Assembly: GCA_020854065.1 (NCBI GenBank)
Contig: JADZGF010000016.1
Coordinates: 20,784-84,783 of the forward strand
Length of the DNA: 64,000 nucleotides
DNA from: Candidatus Nomurabacteria bacterium
GTDB lineage: Bacteria > Patescibacteriota > Minisyncoccia > Phycocordibacterales > SBAW01
Reading direction: 5' to 3'
Shown one piece after another: positions 45,673 to 55,249 of this stretch. The first letter of the stretch is position 1. Every line of letters starts with the position of its first letter. The notes below the pieces were generated by a model. That model saw only the letters and a program-made list of their open reading frames with translations, made no database searches and had not been told where the DNA came from. The translations under genes and the position numbers were made by a program.

Positions 45673-46850
45673 TAGTTTGCCTTATAGAATTTACTGCGCC
45701 CAATGCGTACCGTGTCGCCTGAGGCAATTTCAGTATCAATACTTTCAATCTTTCCTAATTTTTCTGAAGATACCCCACCCTGCTCCACTAGCCGTCGCAG
45801 TTCACTGGTTGAAATATCTTTAATGATGTCGCGAATCTTGCCGGACGCTACTTCAGGAACACTCTTGAAGTCGCGCGCACTGTCAGCCTCTGTGCTGCCA
45901 TGCACTAACGTTGTTACTTCGTATGCAAGTTTCTTTTGTGCAGCACGTGCTGCTGGATTTTGTTTTTGTTCATCCATCACTGCATCAATCTCTTCTTTCG
46001 GCACGAGAGTCATTTTAAGCAAATACTCTTCAACATCTGCATCATCGGTGTTGAGCCAGAATTGATAAAACTCAAACGGCGATGTCTTTGCTGCATCAAG
46101 CCACACTGCGCCACCCTCACTCTTCCCAAACTTTTTCTTGGTCGACTTATTAATCAGAAGCGGCCAGCAAAATGCATGTGCCACCGATCCTGTTTTGCGA
46201 CGAATGAGATCTACTCCCGAGACAATGTTGCCCCACTGATCTGACGCTCCCACCTGGAGCGTGCAATCGTTGTGTTCGTGTAAATGGAGGTAGTCGTATG
46301 CTTGGAGGAGCATGTAGGAGAACTCGGTAAATGAAATACTTTGTTCAGGAGTCTCAATACGAGGGCGTACCGAATCACGTCTGATCATCTCATTGACGGT
46401 GAAGTGTTTGCCGACATCACGCAAAAACTCCATGAGATTCGCACGGCGAAGCCAATCTGCATTGTTGACCATCTCAAAACTCTCATCACTGAGGAGACGA
46501 GAAAATTGTGTCCGTAGTGCTTTTAGATTGGAATCGATCGTTTCGTCAGAGAGTAAATTACGCTCTTCGCTTTTGCCCGATGGATCACCCACCATGCCGG
46601 TGCCACCACCCACAATCACGATAAGTTTGTGACCCTGCTCAAGAAAGCGGCGAAGCACGAGTACTCCCATAAGCTGTCCGACGTGCAGTGAATCTGCACT
46701 TGGATCAACGCCCCAGTACAACGTACGCGGCGTATTTACCACCTCTTCAAGTTCTCCAGTGTGCTGATGAATGTATCCACGCTCTTTGAGTACGTCCGAG
46801 AGTGGTCGATCGCTCCGAGGAGCAGGTTTGGAGCGGCTAAAAAATCCCAT
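45672..46850 (-). CDS. tyrS: tyrosine--tRNA ligase
   Basis: YWGVDPSADSLHVG, GDPSGK, EFSYMLLQAYD, DQWGNI, KFGKS. Confidence 0.97.
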   Translation of the reverse strand: MGFFSRSKPAPRSDRPLSDVLKERGYIHQHTGELEEVVNTPRTLYWGVDPSADSLHVGQLMGVLVLRRFLEQGHKLIVIVGGGTGMVGDPSGKSEERNLLSDETIDSNLKALRTQFSRLLSDESFEMVNNADWLRRANLMEFLRDVGKHFTVNEMIRRDSVRPRIETPEQSISFTEFSYMLLQAYDYLHLHEHNDCTLQVGASDQWGNIVSGVDLIRRKTGSVAHAFCWPLLINKSTKKKFGKSEGGAVWLDAAKTSPFEFYQFWLNTDDADVEEYLLKMTLVPKEEIDAVMDEQKQNPAARAAQKKLAYEVTTLVHGSTEADSARDFKSVPEVASGKIRDIIKDISTSELRRLVEQGGVSSEKLGKIESIDTEIASGDTVRIGRSKFYKAN

Positions 46851-46894
46851 ATCAAGACTCTATCACAATCCTAAATCGATGGTAGAATACACAC

Positions 46895-49186
46895 ATGCGC
46901 GAGTGGCGGAACGCCCGCAAAAAACTCGACCCCCTCTTCCGTAAGGCAGACGATCATTTTGACCGCGGTGTTTCTTATACCCGGCGTCATTGGCGTGAGA
47001 TCTTGGTATATGGCACTGGTGCAGGCTTCTTTCTCGGCGGCGTGCTTTTTTTATGGGCAGGAACACTCCAGCTTCCTGACCTCTCAACACTTCAGGAAAT
47101 AAAGACCGAGCAGTCGGTTAAGCTCTACGATCGCACGGGCGAGGTCTTACTCTTTGATCTTAATAGCGACGCACGCCGAACCCTTATTCCCCTCTCAGCT
47201 GTTTCGCCCTACGTTCAACAAGCAGTTGTTGCAATTGAAGATCCAGAATTCTATACACACAAAGGTATTAAACCAACCGCAATCTTGCGCGCAGTCTTCA
47301 CCAACCTCATCCAAAGCGAGTTGTTAAGCGGCCAAGGTGGTTCCACCATCACACAGCAGGTCATTAAACTTTCCGTACTTACTTCGGACAAAACAATTAC
47401 CCGCAAACTCAAAGAGTGGGTGTTGGCAATGAAACTTGAGGGTGCGATGGAGAAAGACCAAATACTCGAGCTCTATCTCAATCAGGCACCCTATGGCGGT
47501 GTGATCTACGGCGTCGAAGAGGCGTCTATGGTCTTTTTTGGTAAACACGCCTCTGACGCTACTTTGCTCGAGGCGGCATACCTCGCAGCAGTACTCCCTG
47601 CCCCAAGCCGCCTTTCCCCATACAAAACCGATGCAGAGACGGGACGCAATCAACGGCTTGAAGCACGCAAAAATCTCGTGCTCGACAAAATGTATGAGCA
47701 TGGATACATCACCGTTGAACAGCGTGATGAAGCGAAAGCGGCACAAATAGAGTTTCTTCCCCCACGTGACACCTCAATCATTGCTGCCCACTTCGTCTTT
47801 TACGTAGAAGAATACTTGGAAGAAAAATACGGCGAAGAGGCACTGCAGCGTGGCGGGTGGCGCGTCATCACTACACTCGATGCCGAACTCCAGGCTGAGG
47901 CGGAAAAGATTGTATTCAAGCACGCCATGAATAACGTGGAATCCTTTAATGCAACAAACATGGCGTTAGTGGGTGTTGATCCACAAAATGGCCAAATTCT
48001 CACCATGGTTGGATCGCGTAACTATTTCGACGATGTAATACCGGGGGCGTATAACGTTGCGGCTGCAAGTCCTGGACGACAACCAGGTTCCGCATTTAAA
48101 CCATTTGCATATGCCGAAGCATTGCGTAAAGGCTACACTCCTGAAACGGTTGTGTTTGACGTACGTACCCAGTTCTCTACTGCGTGCGAGCCTACCAACA
48201 TGACGAGTGAGGGTAACTGCTACTCCCCTGGCAACTATGATGACAACTTCCGCGGCCCCATGACACTGCGTAACGCACTCGCACAATCAATCAACGTACC
48301 TGCGGTAAAAGTACTGTATCTTGCAGGTCTCTCTGATGTGCTGCGGCTTGCAAAGGCAATGGGTATCACTACCCTCGCTGACCCTGCACGATACGGCCTC
48401 ACGTTGGTACTCGGCGGTGGCGAAGTAACTCCCCTTGATCTCACGAGTGCATATGGTGTCTTTGCGAACAACGGTGTGCGATATGAACCAAGCGCTATCT
48501 TGCGCGTTGAAGACCCAACAGGTCGTGTGATCGAGGATAATAGCCAGCCAGTGGGCTCCCAGGTACTTGATCAGCATGTGGCCGAGCAGATTAACGACAT
48601 GCTCTCCGATACAGTAGCTTCAGCACCATTAGGTCTGGGTAATTTCCGTACTTTTTCTCAAGACGTTGCCCTAAAAACTGGTACCACCAACGACTATAGG
48701 GATGCCTGGATCGTAGGCTACACTCCGAACATTGCAGTTGGCGTATGGGCAGGTAATAACGACAACTCTGCAATGGAACGTCGCACTGGTGGATTAATTG
48801 TTGCTCCGGCATGGAGTGAATTCATGCGTTTTGCACTGTCTAAACGCCCCGTCAGCGCGTTTACACGTTCGGAATGGCCCAACCCCAACAAACCAGTATT
48901 ACAAGGCAACTGGAGCAATCCAGGCCGTGATGGATTGGTGCACGAAATTCTCTATTGGGTAGATAAAAACAATCCAACAGGTCCAGAACCATTTAATCCT
49001 GCGAGTGATCCACAGTTTGAATACTGGGATCTCCCGGTACGGAATGTATATGGCGCTGCAGTTGGTTCTGGTTCCTCATCAGGAGGTTCAAATCAATCAG
49101 AGGGTCCCCTTCAGGAAATAATTCCACCAGAGTATTTCGAATCTCAAAATCAGGCACCGTCAGGAACGCCGATTATAGAAAACTAG
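46895..49186 (+). CDS. class A penicillin-binding protein (PBP1A family)
   Basis: AIEDPEFYTH, QGGSTITQQ, RKLKE transglycosylase motifs; GSAFK, SIN, KTGT transpeptidase motifs. Confidence 0.95.
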   Translation: MREWRNARKKLDPLFRKADDHFDRGVSYTRRHWREILVYGTGAGFFLGGVLFLWAGTLQLPDLSTLQEIKTEQSVKLYDRTGEVLLFDLNSDARRTLIPLSAVSPYVQQAVVAIEDPEFYTHKGIKPTAILRAVFTNLIQSELLSGQGGSTITQQVIKLSVLTSDKTITRKLKEWVLAMKLEGAMEKDQILELYLNQAPYGGVIYGVEEASMVFFGKHASDATLLEAAYLAAVLPAPSRLSPYKTDAETGRNQRLEARKNLVLDKMYEHGYITVEQRDEAKAAQIEFLPPRDTSIIAAHFVFYVEEYLEEKYGEEALQRGGWRVITTLDAELQAEAEKIVFKHAMNNVESFNATNMALVGVDPQNGQILTMVGSRNYFDDVIPGAYNVAAASPGRQPGSAFKPFAYAEALRKGYTPETVVFDVRTQFSTACEPTNMTSEGNCYSPGNYDDNFRGPMTLRNALAQSINVPAVKVLYLAGLSDVLRLAKAMGITTLADPARYGLTLVLGGGEVTPLDLTSAYGVFANNGVRYEPSAILRVEDPTGRVIEDNSQPVGSQVLDQHVAEQINDMLSDTVASAPLGLGNFRTFSQDVALKTGTTNDYRDAWIVGYTPNIAVGVWAGNNDNSAMERRTGGLIVAPAWSEFMRFALSKRPVSAFTRSEWPNPNKPVLQGNWSNPGRDGLVHEILYWVDKNNPTGPEPFNPASDPQFEYWDLPVRNVYGAAVGSGSSSGGSNQSEGPLQEIIPPEYFESQNQAPSGTPIIEN

Positions 49187-50277
49187 CGATTCATTGGCAT
49201 CGCCAAATAGAGGAATGACGAATCCGATGCATCTTTTATGAGCATCGCTTTTCCAGGACCATTCGAAGAAAGCCGTACTGAATCTCCACCAATAGACTGG
49301 AGGCTATCCATGAGGTAGCGGCCATTGAACGACATAGTGACTGGCTCCCCTTCTATCGTCGCTTTGATAGTTGATACTTGCTCACCTACATCAGGATTAC
49401 GCGAAGAAAGCACCACTGCTTTTTTAGATGGTTCGATTGAGAGTGATACTTGCGCAAACTTATCTGCAAACACTGAGAGTCCTTTGAGGATATTTGCAAA
49501 CTCTTCTCGAAGCACTACTGCTTCAGTACTAAAAGATTTTGGAATAATTTGTTTGTAGTTTGGAAACGTTCCGTCCAAGAGTCGGCTGGTGTAATACAAC
49601 CCGTCAGTTTGAAGAGAAATCTGATGATCATTGTAGTAGACCTCAATGTCGCCTTTTGCCGATTCAATCACTCGAAGAAGTTCTGATGCATTTCGTGCAG
49701 GAATAAGTATTTGTGGAACTCCCCCACCTTTCAGTGGTACCACCTTCTCTGCAAGACGGAATGAGTCAGTAGCTGCGGTTGTTAACATACCACCCTCAGC
49801 GCTAATCATTACACTCTGAAGTTCTGGTTTTACTGCAGATACTGAGGCGCAATAGACCACTGATTGAATTGCTTTTATAAACTCATCTACTTTTACGGTA
49901 AAAGATTTCTCTGCAGATACCCGAGGAAGAATTGGAAAATCCTCATGTGGAATTGTTTTTATAGACGCACTTACTTGCTCAGTCTCAACCTTTAACACTT
50001 CTCCGACTATGTGCGCACTAAAATTCTTTCCTTTCGTATTCTGGAGAAAACCTGCCAATACACCTCCAGGCACTGCAACCGTTCCTGCAACTGATACTTT
50101 TGCTGGTACCACTACCTCCACACCACACTCAAGGTTAGTTGCACGTAAGGTGACTCGACTCCCCTCTGCAACAATTAAGATTGCTGCTAACACCGGAAGG
50201 TTCGGTCTCTTCTCAGTAAAACGAGCAACAACTGAAACCGCGGTGATCAGTTCTGTGAGTGTGGTTTCAAATTTCAT
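49183..50277 (-). CDS. dnaN: DNA polymerase III beta clamp
   Basis: LRATNLE, ATDSFRLA, SRLLDGTFPNY, FNGRYL, YLAMPM. Confidence 0.97.
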   Translation of the reverse strand: MKFETTLTELITAVSVVARFTEKRPNLPVLAAILIVAEGSRVTLRATNLECGVEVVVPAKVSVAGTVAVPGGVLAGFLQNTKGKNFSAHIVGEVLKVETEQVSASIKTIPHEDFPILPRVSAEKSFTVKVDEFIKAIQSVVYCASVSAVKPELQSVMISAEGGMLTTAATDSFRLAEKVVPLKGGGVPQILIPARNASELLRVIESAKGDIEVYYNDHQISLQTDGLYYTSRLLDGTFPNYKQIIPKSFSTEAVVLREEFANILKGLSVFADKFAQVSLSIEPSKKAVVLSSRNPDVGEQVSTIKATIEGEPVTMSFNGRYLMDSLQSIGGDSVRLSSNGPGKAMLIKDASDSSFLYLAMPMNR

Positions 50278-50282
50278 AACTT

Positions 50283-50381
50283 GTTATATATAAACCTATT
50301 ACTACTATTAGCGCTGTGGATAGTGGAGAAGTCGATTTTATCTTTACCAAATAACGTATTTTTATACAACCGATATCCACA
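50283..50381. other. oriC unwinding region (DnaA boxes, DnaA-trio-like repeats, AT-rich tract)
   Basis: Minus strand TTCTCCAC-TATCCACA-GCGC-TAATAGTAGTAATAG-GTTTATATATAAC; further box ATATCCACA at 50373-50381; lies between dnaA and dnaN. Confidence 0.75.
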
Positions 50382-50398
50382 AGTGTTCTAACAACAAT

Positions 50399-51733
50399 TC
50401 ATTTCAACATCATGCGGATCTGATTGAGCTCGTTATTCAACACGCTATCCACACGAAGATCATTCTTTATTTTCTCGCAAGAATGTATCACAGTGGTGTG
50501 GTCACGACCACCTAGTTTTTCTCCAATAGTTGGAAATGAGATACGAAAATCTTCTCGCAAAAGGAACATAATGACTTGTCGGGGACGAACCACTTCCTTC
50601 CGACGAGTCTTTTCGTAGATACTCCCCTCCTCTACTCCATAGAAGCTCGCAATAGTCTTTACTACATCCTGCACAGAGATAGCCTTTTTAACCGTCCCAG
50701 CGCCTCGTAGAAGAAGTTTTGCGTCATTAATGGTCAGTGGGTCCTGACGCATCTCAAGTTGGATAAGAAGCGTGTTTAGGGCGCCTTCCAGCTCACGTAC
50801 ATTTCCCTCTATTGCGGTTGCTAAGTAGTCGAGTACTTCGTCAGGGAGAATAACGTTATGCGCGACTGCTTTAGAGCGCACAATAGCGAGGCGTGATTGA
50901 TGATCTGGTGGAGTAACAGAGACCACCATACCTGCAGAGAGTCGTGATTTAAGACGATCTTCGAGATTTTGGATGATATTAGGGTGTTGATCTGATGAAA
51001 ACACTAATTGTTTGTTTCCATCATGGAGGTAGTTAAAAAGATGGAAGAATTCCTCTTTAATTTTGTCTCTTCCTGCAAGAAACTGGATGTCGTCCATGAT
51101 TAAGAGATCATATTGGCGGTATTTCTCCTTAAAACTCTGTACCTTGCCCGCTTGGAGTGAAGATACGTAATCCATAGAAAAACGCTCAGAGGTTACGTAG
51201 TAGACCTTCCGCTCTGGCGCCTGCATACGGAAGTGGTTCCCTACAGCCTGGATAAGGTGGGTTTTTCCTAAACCAGTCGGTCCATAGACCAGAAGTGGGT
51301 TATACGCTATGCCTGGCTTACGAATAACTGCCTGGGCAGCAGCATGGGCAAGCTCGTTAAAGGGCCCAACCACAAAGGAATTAAAGGTAAACCGAGGGTT
51401 AAGGTTGGTCTTTTGGTGCACTGCCTCGAGAGGGAGTTCTGAGGGAGCAGGTGTCATTCGTACCTCTTCAGGTACCTTTTTAGGTCCACGAGATATAACG
51501 TACTCAACTGAACGTACGCTTTCCTCGAGTGAGCGGAGGCTCCGAAGGATATCTTTGTGGAACTTAGTTGAAAGCCAGTCACGAGCGAACTGTGAGGGAA
51601 CGCCAAGGTATACGACACCCTCTTCAACGCGAACAATATGGGTATCTTTAAACCACGTATTAAAATTAGGTTTCGATATTGTGAGCTCAAGCTCGACCAA
51701 AGCGTTTTCCCATAGTTCTTTCGTCGTTGTCAT
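50399..51733 (-). CDS. dnaA: chromosomal replication initiator DnaA
   Basis: FNTWF, LNPRFTF, YNPLLVYGPTGLGKTHL, DDIQF, NVRELEGAL, GGRDHTTVIH; start MTTTKE. Confidence 0.98.
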   Translation of the reverse strand: MTTTKELWENALVELELTISKPNFNTWFKDTHIVRVEEGVVYLGVPSQFARDWLSTKFHKDILRSLRSLEESVRSVEYVISRGPKKVPEEVRMTPAPSELPLEAVHQKTNLNPRFTFNSFVVGPFNELAHAAAQAVIRKPGIAYNPLLVYGPTGLGKTHLIQAVGNHFRMQAPERKVYYVTSERFSMDYVSSLQAGKVQSFKEKYRQYDLLIMDDIQFLAGRDKIKEEFFHLFNYLHDGNKQLVFSSDQHPNIIQNLEDRLKSRLSAGMVVSVTPPDHQSRLAIVRSKAVAHNVILPDEVLDYLATAIEGNVRELEGALNTLLIQLEMRQDPLTINDAKLLLRGAGTVKKAISVQDVVKTIASFYGVEEGSIYEKTRRKEVVRPRQVIMFLLREDFRISFPTIGEKLGGRDHTTVIHSCEKIKNDLRVDSVLNNELNQIRMMLK

Positions 51734-51792
51734 GAGCAAAAAAGTAATATCAGGATACGCGAGCAATCCAGATGCGTCAAAATGGTCAGGCT

Positions 51793-51823
51793 TGTGTATA
51801 TGTTGTGGATTATTTGTGTATAG
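51793..51823. promoter_or_regulatory. three phased DnaA-box-like 9-mers upstream of dnaA
   Basis: TGTGTATAT (51793), TGTGGATTA (51804), TGTGTATAG (51815): each one mismatch from TGTGNATAA, at 11-bp spacing. Confidence 0.65.
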
Positions 51824-51838
51824 GGTAGTATTGACCTC

Positions 51839-51973
51839 ATGTCGCAAACGTACCAACCAAAAAAGCGCAAACGCGCTCGCGCCCACGGCTTCCTTTCGCG
51901 TAAAGCGTCGCCTGGTGGTCGCAAGACGGTGCTTCGCCGCCGCCGCAAAGGACGCAGCCGCCTCAGCGCCTAA
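51839..51973 (+). CDS. rpmH: 50S ribosomal protein L34 (not in ORF track)
   Basis: Manual translation MSQTYQPKKRKRARAHGFLSRKASPGGRKTVLRRRRKGRSRLSA. Confidence 0.97.
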   Translation: MSQTYQPKKRKRARAHGFLSRKASPGGRKTVLRRRRKGRSRLSA

Positions 51974-51986
51974 CGCGTAGGTATCC

Positions 51987-52283
51987 ATGTTGCCTAAAAA
52001 GAACCGCCTCACCGCTCGTGAGGTCCGTGCAACCCTTAAAGAGGGTAAAAGTGTTCGAAAAAGCAGTGTTTCTGCTCGTTTTGTGTCTACAGCAAAGGCA
52101 GGCAAGGCTGCCATAGTGGTTTCCACTAAAGTTGCCCGTAAGGCTACGGATCGTAACCGCTTGCGTCGTATGGGCTACGCCGCCCTCCCTACTCCCCTCC
52201 CGAAAGGAAACCTGGTGCTTTTTATTCAAACGCCTGAATTTAAAACTGCGGATATACTGTCCCTATGTTCAACACTTTCTTAG
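51987..52283 (+). CDS. rnpA: ribonuclease P protein component
   Basis: MLPKKNRL, VVSTKVARKATDRNRLRR RNR motif; follows rpmH. Confidence 0.93.
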   Translation: MLPKKNRLTAREVRATLKEGKSVRKSSVSARFVSTAKAGKAAIVVSTKVARKATDRNRLRRMGYAALPTPLPKGNLVLFIQTPEFKTADILSLCSTLS

Positions 52284-52972
52284 TCCAGCCGATCTATAAC
52301 GCGTTCATTTTCTTAACCGGTGTTATGCCAGGCGCTGATGCAGGCCTTGCAATTATCGCCATAACCATTGTCATGCGGGTACTGCTCTATCCGCTCTATA
52401 CCTCCCAGATCCGCACACAGATCGGTATGTCGGCACTGCAGCCAGAACTTGAGGTACTGAAGGAGAAGCATAAAAACGATCGGGAGAAGATGGCCCGAGA
52501 GCAAATGGCGCTGTTTAAGAAGTACAAAGTAAACCCACTTGCTACTATTTTTGTGCTTATTATCCAGTTGGTGGTTATGCTCGCGCTCTATTTTGCGCTC
52601 TTCCATGAACAACTCCCTACAGTAGACACAGACTTCCTCTACTCGTTTGTCGAAGCACCAGCGCACATATCGACCTCATTCTTTGGTCTCCTCAATCTCC
52701 TTACCCCGCACCACATTATCCTGGCTGCACTCGTAGCGCTCTCCCAATACATCGCTATTTCCCTTACCTTGCGCCGTACCCCCGTTCCTGCCAATCTCCC
52801 TCCTGAGAAGGCGCAGGTTCAGCGGATGCAGCAAGGTCTCATGCTCTACTTCATGCCTGCCCTTATGGGTATATTCTCGTATTTCTTCCCAGGAGGCGTC
52901 GGTCTCTACTTCCTTGCAGGAAATGTGCTCTCTATAGGTCAGGAGTGGCTTATAAAACATAAATTCGCCTAA
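52265..52972 (+). CDS. yidC: membrane protein insertase YidC/Oxa1
   Basis: GLAIIAITIVMRVLLYPL, LQPEL, KVNP, GVGLYFLAGN. Confidence 0.93.
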   Translation: MFNTFLVQPIYNAFIFLTGVMPGADAGLAIIAITIVMRVLLYPLYTSQIRTQIGMSALQPELEVLKEKHKNDREKMAREQMALFKKYKVNPLATIFVLIIQLVVMLALYFALFHEQLPTVDTDFLYSFVEAPAHISTSFFGLLNLLTPHHIILAALVALSQYIAISLTLRRTPVPANLPPEKAQVQRMQQGLMLYFMPALMGIFSYFFPGGVGLYFLAGNVLSIGQEWLIKHKFA

Positions 52973-53015
52973 CGGAACTTGTCTCCCCTCACCCCTTTTG
53001 TGTATCGTGGGGTGT

Positions 53016-53468
53016 ATGGATACTGCAGCTCTCTCAGCATTCTCCCGGAAACTTATTGAGCAGCTCGGGTGCACCATAGAGGCGCTTGAAGTTGAGACGG
53101 GGCATCGAACTACCGTCCGCGTTACCACTCCTGATTCTAAAGAACTTATCGGTCCTGGTGGTGAACATTTGCGCGCATTAAATGCGATTGCAAAGCGCAT
53201 GGTCGAGCATGCTCATGGAGAAGAGGCTTCCTCCTTTTTTATCGACGTAAATAACTATCGAGAGCAGGAGCTTGAGGGTGTGCGTCAAAATGCACGTATG
53301 TTTGCACAGCGTGCGCGTCTTTTTAAACACGATGTTGAATTACCTCCACAAAGTGCATACGAGCGTTTAGTGGTTCACGAACTGTTTGCTGAGGATCCTG
53401 AGATAGCAACAGAATCTGCTGGCGAGGGTAAGTTTCGCCATATCGTACTTAAGTACAAAACAAACTAG
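53016..53468 (+). CDS. jag: Jag/KhpB-like KH-R3H RNA-binding protein
   Basis: LIGPGGEHLRALN KH domain, IDVNNYR, SAYERLVVH R3H, TESAGEG. Confidence 0.9.
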   Translation: MDTAALSAFSRKLIEQLGCTIEALEVETGHRTTVRVTTPDSKELIGPGGEHLRALNAIAKRMVEHAHGEEASSFFIDVNNYREQELEGVRQNARMFAQRARLFKHDVELPPQSAYERLVVHELFAEDPEIATESAGEGKFRHIVLKYKTN

Positions 53469-54676
53469 AAGAGTCGTACGCCCCAGAGGCTGCGTTCACC
53501 TTTTTTAATGTAGAGGAGATATCGCTCGTCAGGTGAGAGCGCCATGTCATCTATTTCTGAGGTAATACCACCATCAGCGCTTCCAGGAATAGCGATGAGT
53601 GTCGCGTAGTTGTTGCTGTCATATGAGACGATCTGTTGCCCTACTCCCCCAGTGCCGAGATGGTATAGGTCGATGTAGTTCTCCGGAACGTATGTAGCAG
53701 CGGTGGCGCAATACGAGACGATAAATGTTCGGCTCCATATACACTGCTCAGGGAGTGGATCAAAAGAGATTGCCGCATTGGTACCACTTTGCATATTTCG
53801 TGCGTAGGTGATGCGGCCTGCGGTGCCGCCGGTCGTGTGATATACCACCCGATCTAGTCCCCAACTTGCGCTCAGTGATAGTCCTGCAGCTGAGAGGAGT
53901 GGTGTTACTACTCCACTTTCCACTTCGATAGTGAATGCCATACCCATAACCCCGTATGCAGGAGCGGTGTAGGCAAGGACGGTGTTCTGTGTGGGCCATA
54001 CAAGCTGTATTTGTGCGAATGGAAGGCTAAAAGCTTTGCGTGCCTGGGTTCCGTCGGGGTTAGCGATGTACCCGTCACTTCCTGTGGTTGTTTGCAGAAG
54101 GTATACGACCTTTGTCGCATCAGGTGAAACTGCAATGCTCTTTATATCGTTTGCCAAAAATTGGATACGTACCGGAGCTGATTGTGTTGAAGTGGTTGCT
54201 GCAGGCAGGTTAAGTAAGAGTGTTTTGAGGGCATTTTGGTTTACATACTGCAGAATTCCAGCAGGACCAACCCAGGTTACTTCTGCGACGCCAGGGATGG
54301 TGGTGTTAGAAACAACACGAGGCACCGCTCCTGGTACATCTACGGGAAGATCAAATGAGCGACCGTTATCTGCCATGACAAAGCGCGCAATGGTTGTGGT
54401 GGGGTTTAAGGTCTGTACAAACGTTGCCCCTGCAACCGGTCCGTCAGATATTTTAAATATGCGTAAGTTGCTGCCATTTTGAGCATTATTAGTGTTTGTG
54501 TTTTGGGATTGCTCTTCCCCGCTGCTGAGACTTACATCGGTTTGAGTGTTTAAGCTTCCAAAATTTTCTGGTGGGGTTTGTGGTGTTTCTTGTCTGCCAA
54601 ACAAAAACCATGACACAAGCACCAACAGTGCTGTTGTGCCGATGAGGATACCGATGAGTTTCCAGTTGAGGTTCAT
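53465..54676 (-). CDS. membrane-anchored beta-propeller-like protein of the secretion cluster
   Basis: N-terminal TM; SPD repeats (AVSPDATK, LSPDERY); ends LWGVRLF. Confidence 0.65.
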   Translation of the reverse strand: MNLNWKLIGILIGTTALLVLVSWFLFGRQETPQTPPENFGSLNTQTDVSLSSGEEQSQNTNTNNAQNGSNLRIFKISDGPVAGATFVQTLNPTTTIARFVMADNGRSFDLPVDVPGAVPRVVSNTTIPGVAEVTWVGPAGILQYVNQNALKTLLLNLPAATTSTQSAPVRIQFLANDIKSIAVSPDATKVVYLLQTTTGSDGYIANPDGTQARKAFSLPFAQIQLVWPTQNTVLAYTAPAYGVMGMAFTIEVESGVVTPLLSAAGLSLSASWGLDRVVYHTTGGTAGRITYARNMQSGTNAAISFDPLPEQCIWSRTFIVSYCATAATYVPENYIDLYHLGTGGVGQQIVSYDSNNYATLIAIPGSADGGITSEIDDMALSPDERYLLYIKKGERSLWGVRLF

Positions 54677-54679
54677 ATG

Positions 54680-55249
54680 TTATCGAGGTACGCACTGCCA
54701 ACCACCTGGTACGTAGTTTATTCGTCCAGGCGGTTGACCTGACTGGCATGCGCGGATTTCATCTCCGGCGGGTTGACTATTTTGGACAGATACTCCCGAT
54801 ACAGGAGCACTGGTAGAGGTTCCTCTACTTAGTTGTTCGAGAGCGGTGTCGAATCGATCCAAACTTATCAACTGGGGGTTTATGGTGTACAGGAGTACGT
54901 ATGAACCGAGTAGTACAACAAGGCCGTACACTGCCCGTTGCATCTGCTTTCTTCCTAAATCCTTTGATTTGGCAACATCCGATACCATATACATAATGCC
55001 GCCCCATACAAATGTTGCTACGGCAAACATGCCACCAATGACGATAAAGAGTGTAAAGGCATAGTTGAGGTACGATCCAAAATCAACACCTTGTGATCCA
55101 ATTTGTTGTCCAGGGAGTGGCTCAAGTGGTATGTAACTACATCGAGTTCCTGTGCAAAACTCCGTCTGGGTTGTGGGAGTTGTTTGCGCCTGCAGAGAAA
55201 GCGGCAAGAATACAAACAGCAGAGCGATGGTAAGGATTAGTCTTTTCAT
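54680..55249 (-). CDS. TrbC/VirB2-like pilin (CPR type)
   Basis: Signal peptide, YIPLEPLPG, WGGIMYMVS...GRKQMQRAVYGLVVLLGSYVLLYTINP. Confidence 0.8.
   Translation of the reverse strand: MKRLILTIALLFVFLPLSLQAQTTPTTQTEFCTGTRCSYIPLEPLPGQQIGSQGVDFGSYLNYAFTLFIVIGGMFAVATFVWGGIMYMVSDVAKSKDLGRKQMQRAVYGLVVLLGSYVLLYTINPQLISLDRFDTALEQLSRGTSTSAPVSGVSVQNSQPAGDEIRACQSGQPPGRINYVPGGWQCVPR

Noticed and set aside
51734-52126. N-terminal extension of the dnaA ORF in the track (575 aa)
   Set aside because: It overlaps rpmH and rnpA on the opposite strand; DnaA homology begins at MTTTKE (51733)
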